Shown here in pieces: positions 1 through 14,600 of a stretch of 64,000 nt of DNA. The stretch is from Eledone cirrhosa (lineage: Eukaryota). Where the stretch lies: the NCBI GenBank assembly GCA_964016885.1, contig OZ024742.1:342488001-342552000 (forward strand), in the 5' to 3' direction. The notes beneath the pieces are model-generated. The model did not search any database, was not told the DNA's origin, and worked only from the letters and a program-made list of their open reading frames with translations. A program made the translations under genes and the position numbers. Within the stretch, counting starts at the first letter, position 1, and each line of letters opens with the position of its first letter.

Positions 1-563
1 TCTCCATTGGTATGAAGTATGTCAGCTCCAGTGGTATGAAGTATGTGATCTACAGTGGTATGAAGTATGTGATCTACAGTGGTATGAAGTATGTGATCTA
101 CAGTGGTATGAAGTATGTGATCTACAGTGGTATGAAATATGTGATCTACAGTCGTATGAAGTATGTGATCTCCAGTGGTATGAAGTATGTGATCTCCAGT
201 GGTATGAAGTATGTGATCTCCTGTGGTATGAAGTATGTGATCTCCTGTGGTATGAAGTATGTGATCTACAGTGGTATGAAGTATGTGATCTCCAGTGGTA
301 TGAAGAATGTGATCTACAGTGGTATGAAGTATGTGATATCCTGTGGTATGAAGTATGTGATCTCCAGTGGTATGAAGTATGTGATCTCCTGTGGTATGAA
401 AAATGTGATCTACAGTGGTATGAAGTATGTGATCTCGAGTGCTATGAAGTATGTGATCTACAGTGGTATGAAGTATGTCAGCTCCAGTGGTATGAAGTAT
501 GTGATCTCCAGTGGTATGCAGTATGTGATCTACAGTGGTATGAAGTATGTGATCTACAGTGGT

Positions 564-827
564 ATGAAGTATGTGATCTCCAGGGGTATGAAGTATGTGA
601 TCTACAGTGGTATGAAGTATGTGATCTCCAGTGGTATGAAGTATGTCAGCTCCAGTGGTATGAAGTATGTGATCTACAGTGGTATGATGTATGTGATCTA
701 CAGTGGTATGATGTATGTGATATCCAGTGGTATGAAGTATGTGATCTCCATTGGTATGAAGTATGTGATCTGCAGTGATATGAAGTATGTGATCTACAGT
801 GGTATGAAGTATGTGATCTTCAGTGGT
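564..827 (+). repeat. First instance of a recurrent 11-monomer variant cassette (AGG unit ... GTCAGC ... two ATGATG units, TCCATT, TGCAGTGAT, TTCAGT)
   Basis: The diagnostic TGCAGTGAT monomer occurs in this context 29 times, from 771 to 57142. Some copies are truncated or altered on the left. Confidence 0.9.
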
Positions 828-1269
828 ATGAAGTATGTGATCTCCAGTGGTATGAAGTATGTGATCTACAGTGGTATGAAGTATGTGATCTACAGTGGTA
901 TGAAGTATGTGATCTCCAGTGGTATGAAGTATGTGATCTCCAGTGGTATGAAGTATGTGATCTACAGTGGTATGAAGTATGTGATCTACAGTGGTATGAA
1001 GTATGTGATCTCCAGTGGTATGAAGTATGTGATCTACAGTGGTATGAAGTATGTGATCTACAGTGGTATGAAGTATGTGATCTCCAGTGGTATGAAGTAT
1101 GTGATCTCCAGTGGTATGAAGTATGTGATCTACAGTGATATGAAGTATGTGATATCCTGTGGTATGAAGTATGTGATCTACAGTGGTATGAAGTATGTGA
1201 TCTACAGTGGTATGAAGTATGTGATCTACAGTGGTATTTAAGTATGTGATCTCCAGTGGTATGAAGTAT

Positions 1270-4200
1270 GTGATCTACAGTGGTATGAAGTATGTGATTT
1301 CCAGTGGTATGAAGTATGTGATCTACAGTGGTATGAAGTATGTGATCTTCAGTGGTATGAAGTATGTCAGCTCCAGTGGTATGAAGTATGTGATCTACAG
1401 TGGTATGAAGTATGTGATCTAGAGTGGTATGATGTATTTGATATCCACTGGTATGAAGTATGTGATCTCCATTGGTATGAAGTATGTCAGCTCCAGTGGT
1501 ATGAAGTATGTGATCTCCAGTGGTATGAAGTATGTGATCTCCAGTGGTATGAAATATGTGATCTCCAGTGGTATGAAGTATGTGATATCCTGTGGTATGA
1601 AGTATGTGATCTACAGTGGTATGAAGTATGTGATCTCCAGTGGTATGAAGTATGTGATCTCCAGTGGTATGAAGTATGTGATCTCCAGTGGTATGAAGTA
1701 TGTGATCTACAGTGGTATGAAGTATGTGATATCCTGTGGTATGAAGTATGTGATCTCCAGTGGTATGAAGTATGTCAGCTCCACTGGTATGAAGTATGTG
1801 ATCTACAGTGGTATGAAGTATGTGATATCCTGTGGTATGAAGTATGTGATGTCCAGTGGTATGAAGTATGTGATCTCCAGTGGTATGAAGTATGTCAGCT
1901 CCAGTGGTATGAAGTATGTCAGCTCCAGTGGTATGAAGTATGTCAGCTCCTGTGGTATGAAGTATGTGATCTCCAGTGGTATGAAGTATGTCAGCTCCAG
2001 TGGTATGAAGTATGTTAGCTCCAGTGGTATGAAGTATGTGATATCCTGTGGTATGAAGTATGTGATCTCCAGTGGTATGAAGTATGTGATCTACAGTGGT
2101 ATGAAGTATGTGATCTACAGTGGTATGAAGTATGTCAGCTCCAGTGGTATGAAGTATGTGATCTCCAGTGGTGTGAAGTATGTGATCTACAGTGGTATGA
2201 AGTATGTGATCTACAGTGGTATGAAGTATGTGATCTACAGTGGTATGATGTATGTCAGCTCCAGTGGTATGAAGTATGTGATCTCCAGTGGTATGAAGTA
2301 TGTGATCTACAGTGGTATGAAGTATGTGATCTACAGTGGTATGAAGTATGTGATCTACAGTGGTATGAAGTATGTCAGCTCCAGTGGTATGAAGTCTGTG
2401 ATCTCCAGTGGTATGAAGTATGTGATCTACAGTGGTATGAAGTATGTGATCTACAGTGGTATGAAGTATGTCATATCCTGTGGTATGAAGTATTTGATCT
2501 ACAGTGGTATGAAGTATGTGATATCCTGTGGTATGAAGTATGTGATCTCCATTGTTATGAAGTATGTGATCTCCAGTGGTATGAAGTATGTGATCTCCAG
2601 TGGTATGAAGTATGTGATCTACAGTGGTATGAAGTATGTGATCTACAGTGGTATGAAGTATGTGATATCCTGTGGTATGAAGTATGTGATCTCCATTGGT
2701 ATGAAGTATGTGATCTCCAGTGGTATGAAGTATGTGATCTCCAGTCGTATGAAGTATGTGATATCCTGTGGTATGAAGTATGTGATCTACAGTGGTATGA
2801 AGTATGTGATCTCCTGTGGTATGAAGAATGTGATCTACAGTGGTATGAAGTATGTGATCTCCAGTGCTATGAAGTATGTGATCTACAGTGGTATGAAGTA
2901 TGTCAGCTCCAGTGGTATGAAGTATGTGATCTCCAGTGGTATGCAGTATGTGATCTACAGTGGTATGAAGTATGTGATCTCCAGTGGTATGAAGTATGTG
3001 ATCTACAGTGGTATGAAGTATGTGATCTACAGTGGTATGAAGTATGTGATATCCTGTGGTATGAAGTATGTGATATCCTGTGGTATGAAGTATGTGATCT
3101 ACAGTGGTATGAAGTATGTGATCTCCTGTGATATGAAGTATGTGATCTACAGTGGTATGAAGTATGTGATCTACAGTGGTACGAATTATGTGATCTCCAG
3201 GGGTATGAAGTATGTGATCTACAGTGGTATGAAGTATGTGATCTCCAGTGGTATGAAGTATGTCAGCTCCAGTGGTATGAAGTATGTGATCTACAGTGGT
3301 ATGATGTATGTGATCTACAGTGGTATGATGTATGTGATATCCAGTGGTATGAAGTATGTGATCTCCATTGGTATGAAGTATGTGATCTGCAGTGATATGA
3401 AGTATGTGATCTACAGTGGTATGAAGTATGTGATCTTCAGTGGTATGAAGTATGTGATCTCCAGTGGTATGAAGTATGTGATTTACAGTGGTATGAAGTA
3501 TGTGATCTACAGTGGTATGAAGTATGTGATCTCCAGTGGTATGAAGTATGTGATCTCCAGTGGTATGAAGTATGTGATCTACAGTGGTATGAAGTATGTG
3601 ATCTACAGTGGTATGAAGTATGTGATCTCCAGTGGTATGAAGTATGTGATCTACAGTGGTATGAAGTATGTGATCTACAGTGGTATGAAGTATGTGATCT
3701 CCAGTGGTATGAAGTATGTGATCTACAGTGGTATGAAGTATGTGATATCCTGTGGTATGAAGTATGTGATCTACAGTGGTATGAAGTATGTGATCTCCAG
3801 TGGTATGAAGTATGTGATCTACAGTGGTATGAAGTATGTGATCTACAGTGGTATGAAGTATGTGATATCCTGTGGTATGAAGTATGTGATCTCCATTGGT
3901 ATGAAGTATGTGATCTCCAGTGGTATGAAGAATGTGATCTACAGTGGTATGAAGTATGTGATCTACAGTGGTATGAAGTATGTGATCTACAGTGGTATGA
4001 AGTATGTGATCTACAGTGGTATGAATTATGTGATATCCTGTGGTATGAAGTATATGATCTCCATTGGTATGAAGTATGTGATTTCCAGTGGTATGAAGTA
4101 TGTGATCTACAGTGGTATGAAGTATGTGATCTCCAGTGGTATGAAGTATGTGATCTACAGTGGTATGAGGTATGTGATCTACAGTGGTATGAAGTATGTG

Positions 4201-7200
4201 ATCTCCTGTGATATGAAGTATGTGATCTACAGTGGTATGAAGTATGTGATCTACAGTGGTATGAAGTATGTGATCTCCAGTGGTATGAAGTATGTGATCT
4301 ACAGTGGTATGAAGTATGTGATCTACAGTGGTATGATGTATGTGATCTCCAGTGGTATGAAGTATGAGATCTCCATTGGTATGAAGTATGTCAGCTCCAG
4401 TGGTATGAAGTATGTGATCTACAGTGGTATGAATATGTGATCTACAGTGGTATGAAGTATGTGATCTACAGTGGTATGAAGTATGTGATCTACAGTGGTA
4501 TGAAATATGTGATCTACAGTCGTATGAAGTATGTGATCTCCAGTGGTATGAAGTATGTGATCTCCAGTGGTATGAAGTATGTGATCTCCTGTGGTATGAA
4601 GTATGTGATCTCCTGTGGTATGAAGTATGTGATCTACAGTGGTATGAAGTATGTGATCTCCAGTGGTATGAAGAATGTGATCTACAGTGGTATGAAGTAT
4701 GTGATATCCTGTGGTATGAAGTATGTGATCTCCAGTGGTATGAAGTATGTGATCTCCTGTGGTATGAAGAATGTGATCTACAGTGGTATGAAGTATGTGA
4801 TCTACAGTGGTATGAAGTATGTGATCTACAGTGGTATGAAGTATGTGATCTCCAGTGGTATGAAGTATGTGATCTACAGTGGTATGCAGTATGTGATCTA
4901 CAGTGGTATGAAGTATGTGATCTCCAGTGGTATGAAGTATGTGATCTACAGTGGTATGAAGTATGTGATCTACAGTGGTATGAAGTATGTGATATCCTGT
5001 GGTATGAAGTATGTGATATCCTGTGGTATGAAGTATGTGATCTACAGTGGTATGAAGTATGTGATCTCCTGTGATATGAAGTATGTGATCTACAGTGGTA
5101 TGAAGTATGTGATCTACAGTGGTATGAAGTATGTGATCTCCAGGGGTATGAAGTATGTGATCTACAGTGGTATGAAGTATGTGATCTACAGTGGTATGAA
5201 GTATGTGATCTACAGTGGTATGAATTATGTGATATCCTGTGGTATGAAGTATATGATCTCTATTGGTATGAAGTATGTGATTTCCAGTGGTATGAAGTAT
5301 GTGATCTACAGTGGTATGAAGTATGTGATCTCCAGTGGTATGAAGTATGTGATCTACAGTGATATGAGGTATGTGATCTACAGTGGTATGAAGTATGTGA
5401 TCTCCTGTGATATGAAGTACGTGATCTACAGTGGTATGAAGTATGTGATCTACAGTGGTATGAAGTATGTGATCTCCAGTGGTATGAAGTATGTGATCTA
5501 CAGTGGTATGAAGTATGTGATCTACAGTGGTATGATGTATGTGATCTCCAGTGGTATGAAGTATGAGATCTCCATTGGTATGAAGTATGTCAGCTCCAGT
5601 GGTATGAAGTATGTGATCTACAGTGGTATGAAGTATGTGATCTACAGTGGTATGAAGTATGTGATCTACAGTGGTATGAAGTATGTGATCTACAGTGGTA
5701 TGAAATGTGTGATCTACAGTCGTATGAAGTATGTGATCTCCAGTGGTATGAAGTATGTGATCTCCAGTGGTATGAAGTATGTGATCTCCTGTGGTATGAA
5801 GTATGTGATCTCCTGTGGTATGAAGTATGTGATCTACAGTGGTATGAAGTATGTGATCTCCAGTGGTATGAAGAATGTGATCTACAGTGGTATGAAGTAT
5901 GTGATATCCTGTGGTATGAAGTATGTGATCTCCAGTGCTATGAAGTATGTGATCTACAGTGGTATGAAGTACGTCAGCTCCAGTGGTATGAAGTATGTGA
6001 TCTCCAGTGGTATGCAGTATGTGATCTACAGTGGTATGAAGTATGTGATCTACAGTGGTATGAAGTATGTGATCTCCAGGGGTATGAAGTATGTGATCTA
6101 CAGTGGTATGAAGTATGTGATCTCCAGTGGTATGAAGTATGTCAGCTCCAGTGGTATGAAGTATGTGATCTACAGTGGTATGATGTATGTGATCTACAGT
6201 GGTATGATGTATGTGATATCCAGTGGTATGAAGTATGTGATCTCCATTGGTATGAAGTATGTGATCTGCAGTGATATGAAGTATGTGATCTACAGTGGTA
6301 TGAAGTATGTGATCTTCAGTGGTATGAAGTATGTGATCTCCAGTGGTATGAAGTATGTGATCTACAGTGGTATGAAGTATGTGATCTACAGTGGTATGAA
6401 GTATGTGATCTCCAGTGGTATGAAGTATGTGATCTCCAGTGGTATGAAGTATGTGATCTACAGTGGTATGAAGTATGTGATCTACAGTGGTATGAAGTAT
6501 GTGATCTCCAGTGGTATGAAGTATGTGATCTACAGTGGTATGAAGTATGTGATCTACAGTGGTATGAAGTATGTGATCTCCAGTGGTATGAAGTATGTGA
6601 TCTCCAGTGGTATGAAGTATGTGATCTACAGTGGTATGAAGTATGTGATTTCCAGTGGTATGAAGTATGTGATCTACAGTGGTATGAAGTATGTGATCTT
6701 CAGTGGTATGAAGTATGTCAGCTCCAGTGGTATGAAGTATGTGATCTACAGTGGTATGAAGTATGTGATCTAGAGTGGTATGATGTATTTGATATCCACT
6801 GGTATGAAGTATGTGATCTCCATTGGTATGAAGTATGTCAGCTCCAGTGGTATGAAGTATGTGATCTCCAGTGGTATGAAGTATGTGATCTCCAGTGGTA
6901 TGAAATATGTGATCTCCAGTGGTATGAAGTATGTGATATCCTGTGGTATGAAGTATGTGATCTACAGTGGTATGAAGTATGTGATCTCCAGTGGTATGAA
7001 GTATGTGATGTCCAGTGGTATGAAGTATGTGATCTCCAGTGGTATGAAGTATGTCAGCTCCAGTGGTATGAAGTATGTCAGCTCCAGTGGTATGAAGTAT
7101 GTCAGCTCCTGTGGTATGAAGTATGTGATCTCCAGTGGTATGAAGTATGTCAGCTCCAGTGGTATGAAGTATGTTAGCTCCAGTGGTATGAAGTATGTGA

Positions 7201-7690
7201 TATCCTGTGGTATGAATTATGTGATCTCCAGTGGTATGAAGTATGTGATCTACAGTGGTATGAAGTATGTGATCTACAGTGGTATGAAGTATGTCAGCTC
7301 CAGTGGTATGAAGTATGTGATCTCCAGTGGTGTGAAGTATGTGATCTACAGTGGTATGAAGTATGTGATCTACAGTGGTATGAAGTATGTGATCTACAGT
7401 GGTATGATGTATGTCAGCTCCAGTGGTATGAAGTATGTGATCTCCAGTGGTATGAAGTATGTGATCTACAGTGGTATGAAGTATGTGATCTACAGTGGTA
7501 TGAAGTATGTGATCTACAGTGGTATGAAGTATGTCAGCTCCAGTGGTATGAAGTCTGTGATCTCCAGTGGTATGAAGTATGTGATCTACAGTGGTATGAA
7601 GTATGTGATCTACAGTGGTATGAAGTATGTCATATCCTGTGGTATGAAGTATGTGATCTACAGTGGTATGAAGTATGTGATATCCTGTTG
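1270..7690 (+). repeat. Direct duplication at 5,351/5,159-bp offset (~1270-2530 and ~6620-7690) with an internal 8-monomer indel
   Basis: Private variants occur in the same order in both copies: TAGAGT (1420/6771), TATTTGATATCCACT, GATGTCC (1851/7010), GTTAGCT, GGTGTG, AAGTCT and GTCATATCC. The offset changes by 192 bp = 8 units. Homology extends further left through the shared cassette; boundaries are approximate. Confidence 0.88.
3950..5930 (+). repeat. ~1.2-kb (50-monomer) offset duplication; the same block also opens the window (1-~370)
   Basis: AGTCGT following an ATGAAA unit occurs at 153, 4521 and 5721. GAGATC occurs at ~4366/5565 and the ATGAAT...TATATG...ATTTCC series at ~4021/5220. 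Boundaries are approximate. Confidence 0.8.
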
Positions 7691-8640
7691 TATTAAGTAT
7701 GTGATCTCCAGTGGTATGAAGTATGTGATATCCTGTGGTATGAAGTATGTGATCTCCAGTGGTATGGTATGTGATCTACAGTGGTATGAAGTATGTGATC
7801 TCCAGTGGTATGAAGTATGTGATCTACAGCGGTATGAAGTATGTGATATGCAGTGGTATGAAGTATGTCAGCTCTAGTGGTATGAAGTATGTGATCTACA
7901 ATAGTATGAAGTATGTCAGCTCCAGTGGTATGAAGTATGTGATCTCCAGTGGTATGAAGTATGTGATCTCCTGTGTTATGAAATATGTGATCTACAGTGG
8001 TATGAAGTATGTGATCTACAGTGGTATGAAGTATGTGATATCCTGTGGTATGAAGTATGTGATGTACAGTGGTATGTAGTATGTCAGCTCCAGTGGTATG
8101 AAGTATGTGATCTCCAGTGGTATGACGTATGTGATCTACAGTGGTATGAAGTATGTAATCTCCTGTGGTATGAAGTATGTGATCTACAGTGGTATGAAGT
8201 ATGTGATCTACAGTGGTATGAAGCATGTGATATCCTGTGGTATGAAGTATGTGATCTCCAGTGGTATGAAGTATGTGATCTCCAGTGGTATGAAGTATGT
8301 GATATCCTGTGGTATGAAGTATGTGATCTACAGTGGTATGAAGTATGTGATCTACAGTGGTATGAAGTGTGTGATCTCCAGTGGTATGAAGTATGTGATC
8401 TCCTGTGGTATGAAGTATGTGATCTACAGTGGTATGAAGTATGTGATCTCCAGTGGTACGAAGTATGTGATCTCCTGTGGTATGAAGTATGTGGTCTACA
8501 GTGGTATGAAGTATGTCAGCTCCAGTGGTATGAAGTATGTGATCTACAGTGGTATGAAGTATGTGATATCCTGTGGTATGAAGTATGTGATCTACAGTGG
8601 TATGAAGTATGTGATCTACAGTGGTATGAAGTATGTGATC

Positions 8641-11600
8641 TCCAGTGGTATGAAGTATGTGATCTCCAGTGGTATGAAATATGTGATCTACAGTGGTATG
8701 AAGTATGTGATCTACAGTGGTATGAAGTATGTGATCTACCGTGGTATGAAGTATGTGATCTCCAGTGGTATGAAAGTATGTGATCTCCAGTGGTATGAAG
8801 TATGTGATCTACAGTGGTATGAAGTATGTGATCTACAGTGATATGAAGTATGTGATCTACAGTGGTATGAAGTATGTGATATCCTGTGGTATGAAGTATG
8901 TGATCTCCATTGTTATGAAGTATGTGATCTCCAGTGGTATGAAGTATGTGATCTCCAGTGGTATGAAGTATGTGATCTACAGTGGTATGAAGTATGTGAT
9001 CTACAGTGGTATGAAGTATGTGATATCCTGTGGTATGAAGTATGTGATCTCCATTGGTATGAAGTATGTGATCTCCAGTGGTATGAAGTATGTGATCTCC
9101 AGTGGTATGAAGTATGTGATCTACAGTGGTATGAAGTATGTGATCTACAGTGGTATGAAGTATGTGATCTACAGTGGTATGAAGTATGTGATATCCTGTG
9201 GTATGAAGTATATGATCTCCATTGGTATGAAGTATGTGATTTCCAGTGGTATGAAGTATGTGATCTACAGTGGTATGAAGTATGTGATCTCCAGTGGTAT
9301 GAAGTATGTGATCTACAGTGATATGAGGTATGTGATCTACAGTGGTATGAAGTATGTGATCTCCTGTGATATGAAGTATGTGATCTACAGTGGTATGAAG
9401 TATGTGATCTACAGTGGTATGAAGTATGTGATCTCCAGTGGTATGAAGTATGTGATCTACAGTGGTATGAAGTATGTGATCTACAGTGTTATGATGTATG
9501 TGATATCCAGTGGTATGAAGTATGTGATCTCCATTGGTATGAAGTATGTCAGCTCCAGTGGTATGAAGTATGTGATCTACAGTGGTATGAAGTATGTGAT
9601 CTACAGTGGTATGAAGTATGTGATCTACAGTGGTATGAAGTATGTGATCTACAGTGGTATGAAGTATGTGATCTCCAGTGGTATGAAGTATGTGATCTCC
9701 AGTGGTATGAAGTATGTGATCTCCTGTGGTATGAAGTATGTGATCTCCTGTGGTATGAAGTATGTGATCTACAGTGGTATGAAGTATGTGATCTCCAGTG
9801 ATATGAAGAATGTGATCTACAGTGGTATGAAGTATGTGATATCCTGTGGTATGAAGTATGTGATCTCCAGTGGTATGAAGTATGTGATCTCCTGTGGTAT
9901 GAAGAATGTGATCTACAGTGGTATGAAGTATGTGATCTCCAGTGCCATGAAGTATGTGATCTACTGTGGTATGAAGTATGTCAGCTCCAGTGGTATGAAG
10001 TATGTGATCTCCAGTGGTATGCAGTATGTGATCTACAGTGGTATGAAGTATGTGATCTCCAGTGGTATGAAGTATGTGATCTCCAGTGGTATGAAGTATG
10101 TGATCTACAGTGGTATGAAGTATGTGATATCCTGTGGTATGAAGTATGTGATATCCTGTGGTATGAAGTATGTGATCTACAGTGGTATGAAGTATGTGAT
10201 CTCCTGTGATATGAAGTATGTGATCTACAGTGGTATGAAGTATGTGATCTACAGTGGTATGAATTATGTGATCTCCAGGGGTATGAAGTATGTGATCTAC
10301 AGTGGTATGAAGTATGTGATCTCCAGTGGTATGAAGTATGTCAGCTCCAGTGGTATGAAGTATGTGATCTACAGTGGTATGATGTATGTGATCTACAGTG
10401 GTATGATGTATGTGATATCCAGTGGTATGAAGTATGTAATCTCCATTGGTATGAAGTATGTGATCTGCAGTGATATGAAGTATGTGATCTACAGTGGTAT
10501 GAAGTATGTGATCTTCAGTGGTATGAAGTATGTGATCTCCAGTGGTATGAAGTATGTGATCTACAGTGGTATGAAGTATGTGATCTACAGTGGTATGAAG
10601 TATGTGATCTCCAGTGGTATGAAGTATGTGATCTCCAGTGGTATGAAGTATGTGATCTACAGTGGTATGAAGTATCTGCTCTACAGTGGTATGAAGTATG
10701 TGATCTCCAGTGGTATGAAGTATGTGATCTACAGTGGTATGAAGTATGTGATCTACAGTGGTATGAAGTATGTGATCTCCAGTGGTATGAAGTATGTGAT
10801 CTACAGTGGTATGAAGTATGTGATATCCTGTGGTATGAAGTATGTGATCTACAGTGGTATGAAGTATGTGATATCCTGTGGTATGAAGTATGTGATCTCC
10901 AGTGGTATGAAGTATGTGATCTCCTGTGGTATGAAGAATGTGATCTACAGTGGTATGAAGTATGTGATCTCCAGTGGTATGAAGTATGTGATCTCCAGTG
11001 GTATGAAGTATGTGATCTGCAGTGGTATGAAGTATGTGATCTACAGTGGTATGAAGTATGTGATCTACAGTGGTATGAAGTATGTGATCTACAGTGGTAT
11101 GAAGTATGTGATCTACAGTGGTATGAAGTATGTGATCTCCAGTGGTATGAAGTATGTGATATCCAGTGGTATGAAGTATGTGATCTCCTGTGGTATGAAG
11201 TATGTGATCTCCTGTGGTATGAAGTATGTGATCTACAGTGGTATGAAGTATGTGATCTCCAGTGGTATGAAGAATGTGATCTACAGTGGTATGAAGTATG
11301 TGATATCCTGTGGTATGAAGTATGTGATCTCCAGTGGTATGAAGTATGTGATCTCCTGTGGTATGAAGAATGTGATCTACAGTGGTATGAAGTATGTGAT
11401 CTCCAGTGCTATGAAGTATGTGATCTACAGTGGTATGAAGTATGTCAGCTCCAGTGGTATGAAGTATGTGATCTCCAGTGGTATGCAGTATGTGATCTCC
11501 AGTGGTATGAAGTATGTGATCTCCAGTGGTATGAAGTATGTGATCTCCTGTGGTATGAAGTATGTGATCTCCTGTGGTATGAAGTATGTGATCTACAGTG

Positions 11601-14600
11601 GTATGAAGTATGTGATCTCCAGTGGTATGAAGAATGTGATCTACAGTGGTATGAAGTATGTGATATCCTGTGGTATGAAGTATGTGATCTCCAGTGGTAT
11701 GAAGTATGTGATCTCCTGTGGTATGAAGAATGTGATCTACAGTGGTATGAAGTATGTGATCTCCAGTGCTATGAAGTATGTGATCTACAGTGGTATGAAG
11801 TATGTCAGCTCCAGTGGTATGAAGTATGTGATCTCCAGTGGTATGAAGTATGTGATCTACAGTGGTATGAAGTATGTGATCTACAGTGGTATGAAGTATG
11901 TGATATCCTGTGGAATGAAGTATGTGATATCCTGTGGTATGAAGTATGTGATCTACAGTGGTATGAAGTATGTGATCTTCTGTGATATGAAGTATGTGAT
12001 CTACAGTGGTATGAAGTATGTGATCTACAGTGGTATGAAGTATGTGATCTCCAGGGGTATGAAGTATGTGATCTACAGTGGTATGAAGTATGTGATCTCC
12101 AGTGGTATGAAGTATGTCAGCTCCAGTGGTATGAAGTATGTGATCTACAGTGGTATGATGTATGTGATCTACAGTGGTATGATGTATGTGATATCCAGTG
12201 GTATGATGTATGTGATCTCCATTGGTATGAAGTATGTGATCTGCAGTGATATGAAGTATGTGCTCTACAGTGGTATGAAGTATGTGATCTTCAGTGGTAT
12301 GAAGTATGTGATCTCCAGTGGTATGAAGTATGTGATCTACAGTGGTATGAAGTATGTGATCTGCAGTGGTATGAAGTATGTGATCTCCAGTGGTATGAAG
12401 TATGTGATCTCCACTGGTATGAAGTATGTGATCTACAGTGGTATGAAGTATGTGATCTACAGTGGTATGAAGTATGTGATCTCCAGTGGTATGAAGTATG
12501 TGATCTACAGTGGTATGAAGTATGTGATCTACAGTGGTATGAAGTATGTGATCTCCAGTGGTATGAAGTATGTGATCTCCAGTGGTATGAAGTATGTGAT
12601 CTACAGTGGTATGAAGTATGTGATATCCTGTGGTATGAAGTATGTGATCTACAGTGGTATGAAGTATGTGATCTACAGTGGTATGAAGTATGTGATCTCC
12701 TGTGGTATGAAGTATGTGATCTCCAGTGGTATGAAGTATGTGATCTACAGTGATATGAGGTATGTGATCTACAGTGGTATGAAGTATGTGATCTCCTGTG
12801 ATATGAAGTATGTGATCTACAGTGGTATGAAGTATGTGATCTACAGTGGTATGAAGTATGTGATCTCCAGTGGTATGACGTATGTGATCTACAGTGGTAT
12901 GAAGTATGTGATCTACAGTGGTATGATGTATGTGATCTCCAGTGGTATGAAGTATGTGATCTCCATTGGTATGAAGTATGTGATCTCCAGTGGTATGAAG
13001 TATGTGATCTACAGTGGTGTGAAATATGTGATCTCCTGTGGTATGAAGTATGTGATCTACAGTGGTATGAAGTATGTGATCTACAGTGGTATGAAGTATG
13101 TGATCTACAGTGGTATGAAGTATGTGATCTCCAGTGGTATGACGTATGTGATCTCCAGTGGTATGAAGTATGTGATCTCCTGTGGTATGAAGTATGTGAT
13201 CTCCTGTGGTATGAAGTATGTGATCTACAGTGGTATGAAGTATGTGATCTCCAGTGGTATGAAGTATGTGATCTACAGTGGTATGAAGTATGTGATATCC
13301 TGTGGTATGAAGTATTTGATCTCCAGTGGTATGAAGTATGTGATCTCCTGTGGTATGAAGAATGTGATCTACAGTGGTATTAAGTATGTGATCTCCAGTG
13401 CTATGAAGTATGTGATCTACAGTGGTATGAAGTATGTGATCTACAGTGGTATGAAGTATGTGATATCCTGTGGTATGAAGTATGTGATATCCTGTGGTAT
13501 GAAGTATGTGATCTACAGTGGTATGAAGTATGTGATCTCCTGTGATATGAAGTATGTGATCTACAGTGGTATGAAGTATGTGATCTACAGTGGTATGAAG
13601 TATGTGATCTCCAGGGGTATGAAGTATGTGATCTACAGTGGTATGAAGTATGTGATCTCCAGTGGTATGAAGTATGTCAGCTCCAGTGGTATGAAGTATG
13701 TGATCTACAGTGGTATGATGTATGTGATCTACAGTGGTATGATGTATGTGATATCCAGTGGTATGAAGTATGTGATCTCCATTGGTATTAAGTATGTGAT
13801 CTGCAGTGATATGAAGTATGTGATCTACAGTGGCATGAAGTATGTGATCTTCAGTGGTATGAAGTATGTGATCTCCAGTGGTATGAAGTATGTGATCTAC
13901 AGTGGTATGAAGTATGTGATCTACAGTGGTATGAAGTATGTGATCTCCAGTGGTATGAAGTATGTGATCTCCAGTGGTATGAAGTATGTGATCTACAGTG
14001 GTATGAAGTATGTGATCTACAGTGGTATGAAGTATGTGATCTCCAGTGGTATGAAGTATGTGATCTACAGTGGTATGAAGTATGTGATCTACAGTGGTAT
14101 GAAGTATGTGATCTCCAGTTGTATGAAAGTATGTGATCTCCAGTGGTATGAAGTATGTGATCTACAGTGGTATGAAGTATGTGATCTACAGTGATATGAA
14201 GTATTTTATCTACAGTGGTATGAAGTATGTGATATCCTGTGGTATGAAGTATGTGATCTCCATTGGTATGAAGTATGTGATCTCCAGTGGTATGAAGTAT
14301 GTGATCTCCAGTGGTATGAAGTATGTGATCTCCAGTGGTATGAAGTATGTGATCTACAGTGGTATGAAATATGTGATCTACCGTGGTATGAAGTATGTGA
14401 TATCCTGTGGTATGAAGTATGTGATCTCCATTGTTATGAAGTATGTGATCTCCAGTGGTATGAAGTATGTGATCTCCAGTGGTATGACGTATGTGATCTA
14501 CAGTGGTATGAAGTATGTGATCTACAGTGGTATGAAGTATGTGATATTCTGTGGTATGAAGTATGTGATCTCCATTGGTATGAAGTATGTGATCTCCAGT

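Noticed and set aside
43-59. ATGTGATCTA matches the left half of the bacterial CRP consensus, and GATC is a Dam site
   Set aside because: The right half-site TCACA is absent, and nothing in the window indicates a bacterial origin or a nearby promoter. Treated as coincidence.
221-230. RUNX-like TGTGGT motif in TCCTGTGGT monomers
   Set aside because: A 6-bp motif created by a single substitution. With no organism or gene context it cannot be supported as regulatory.
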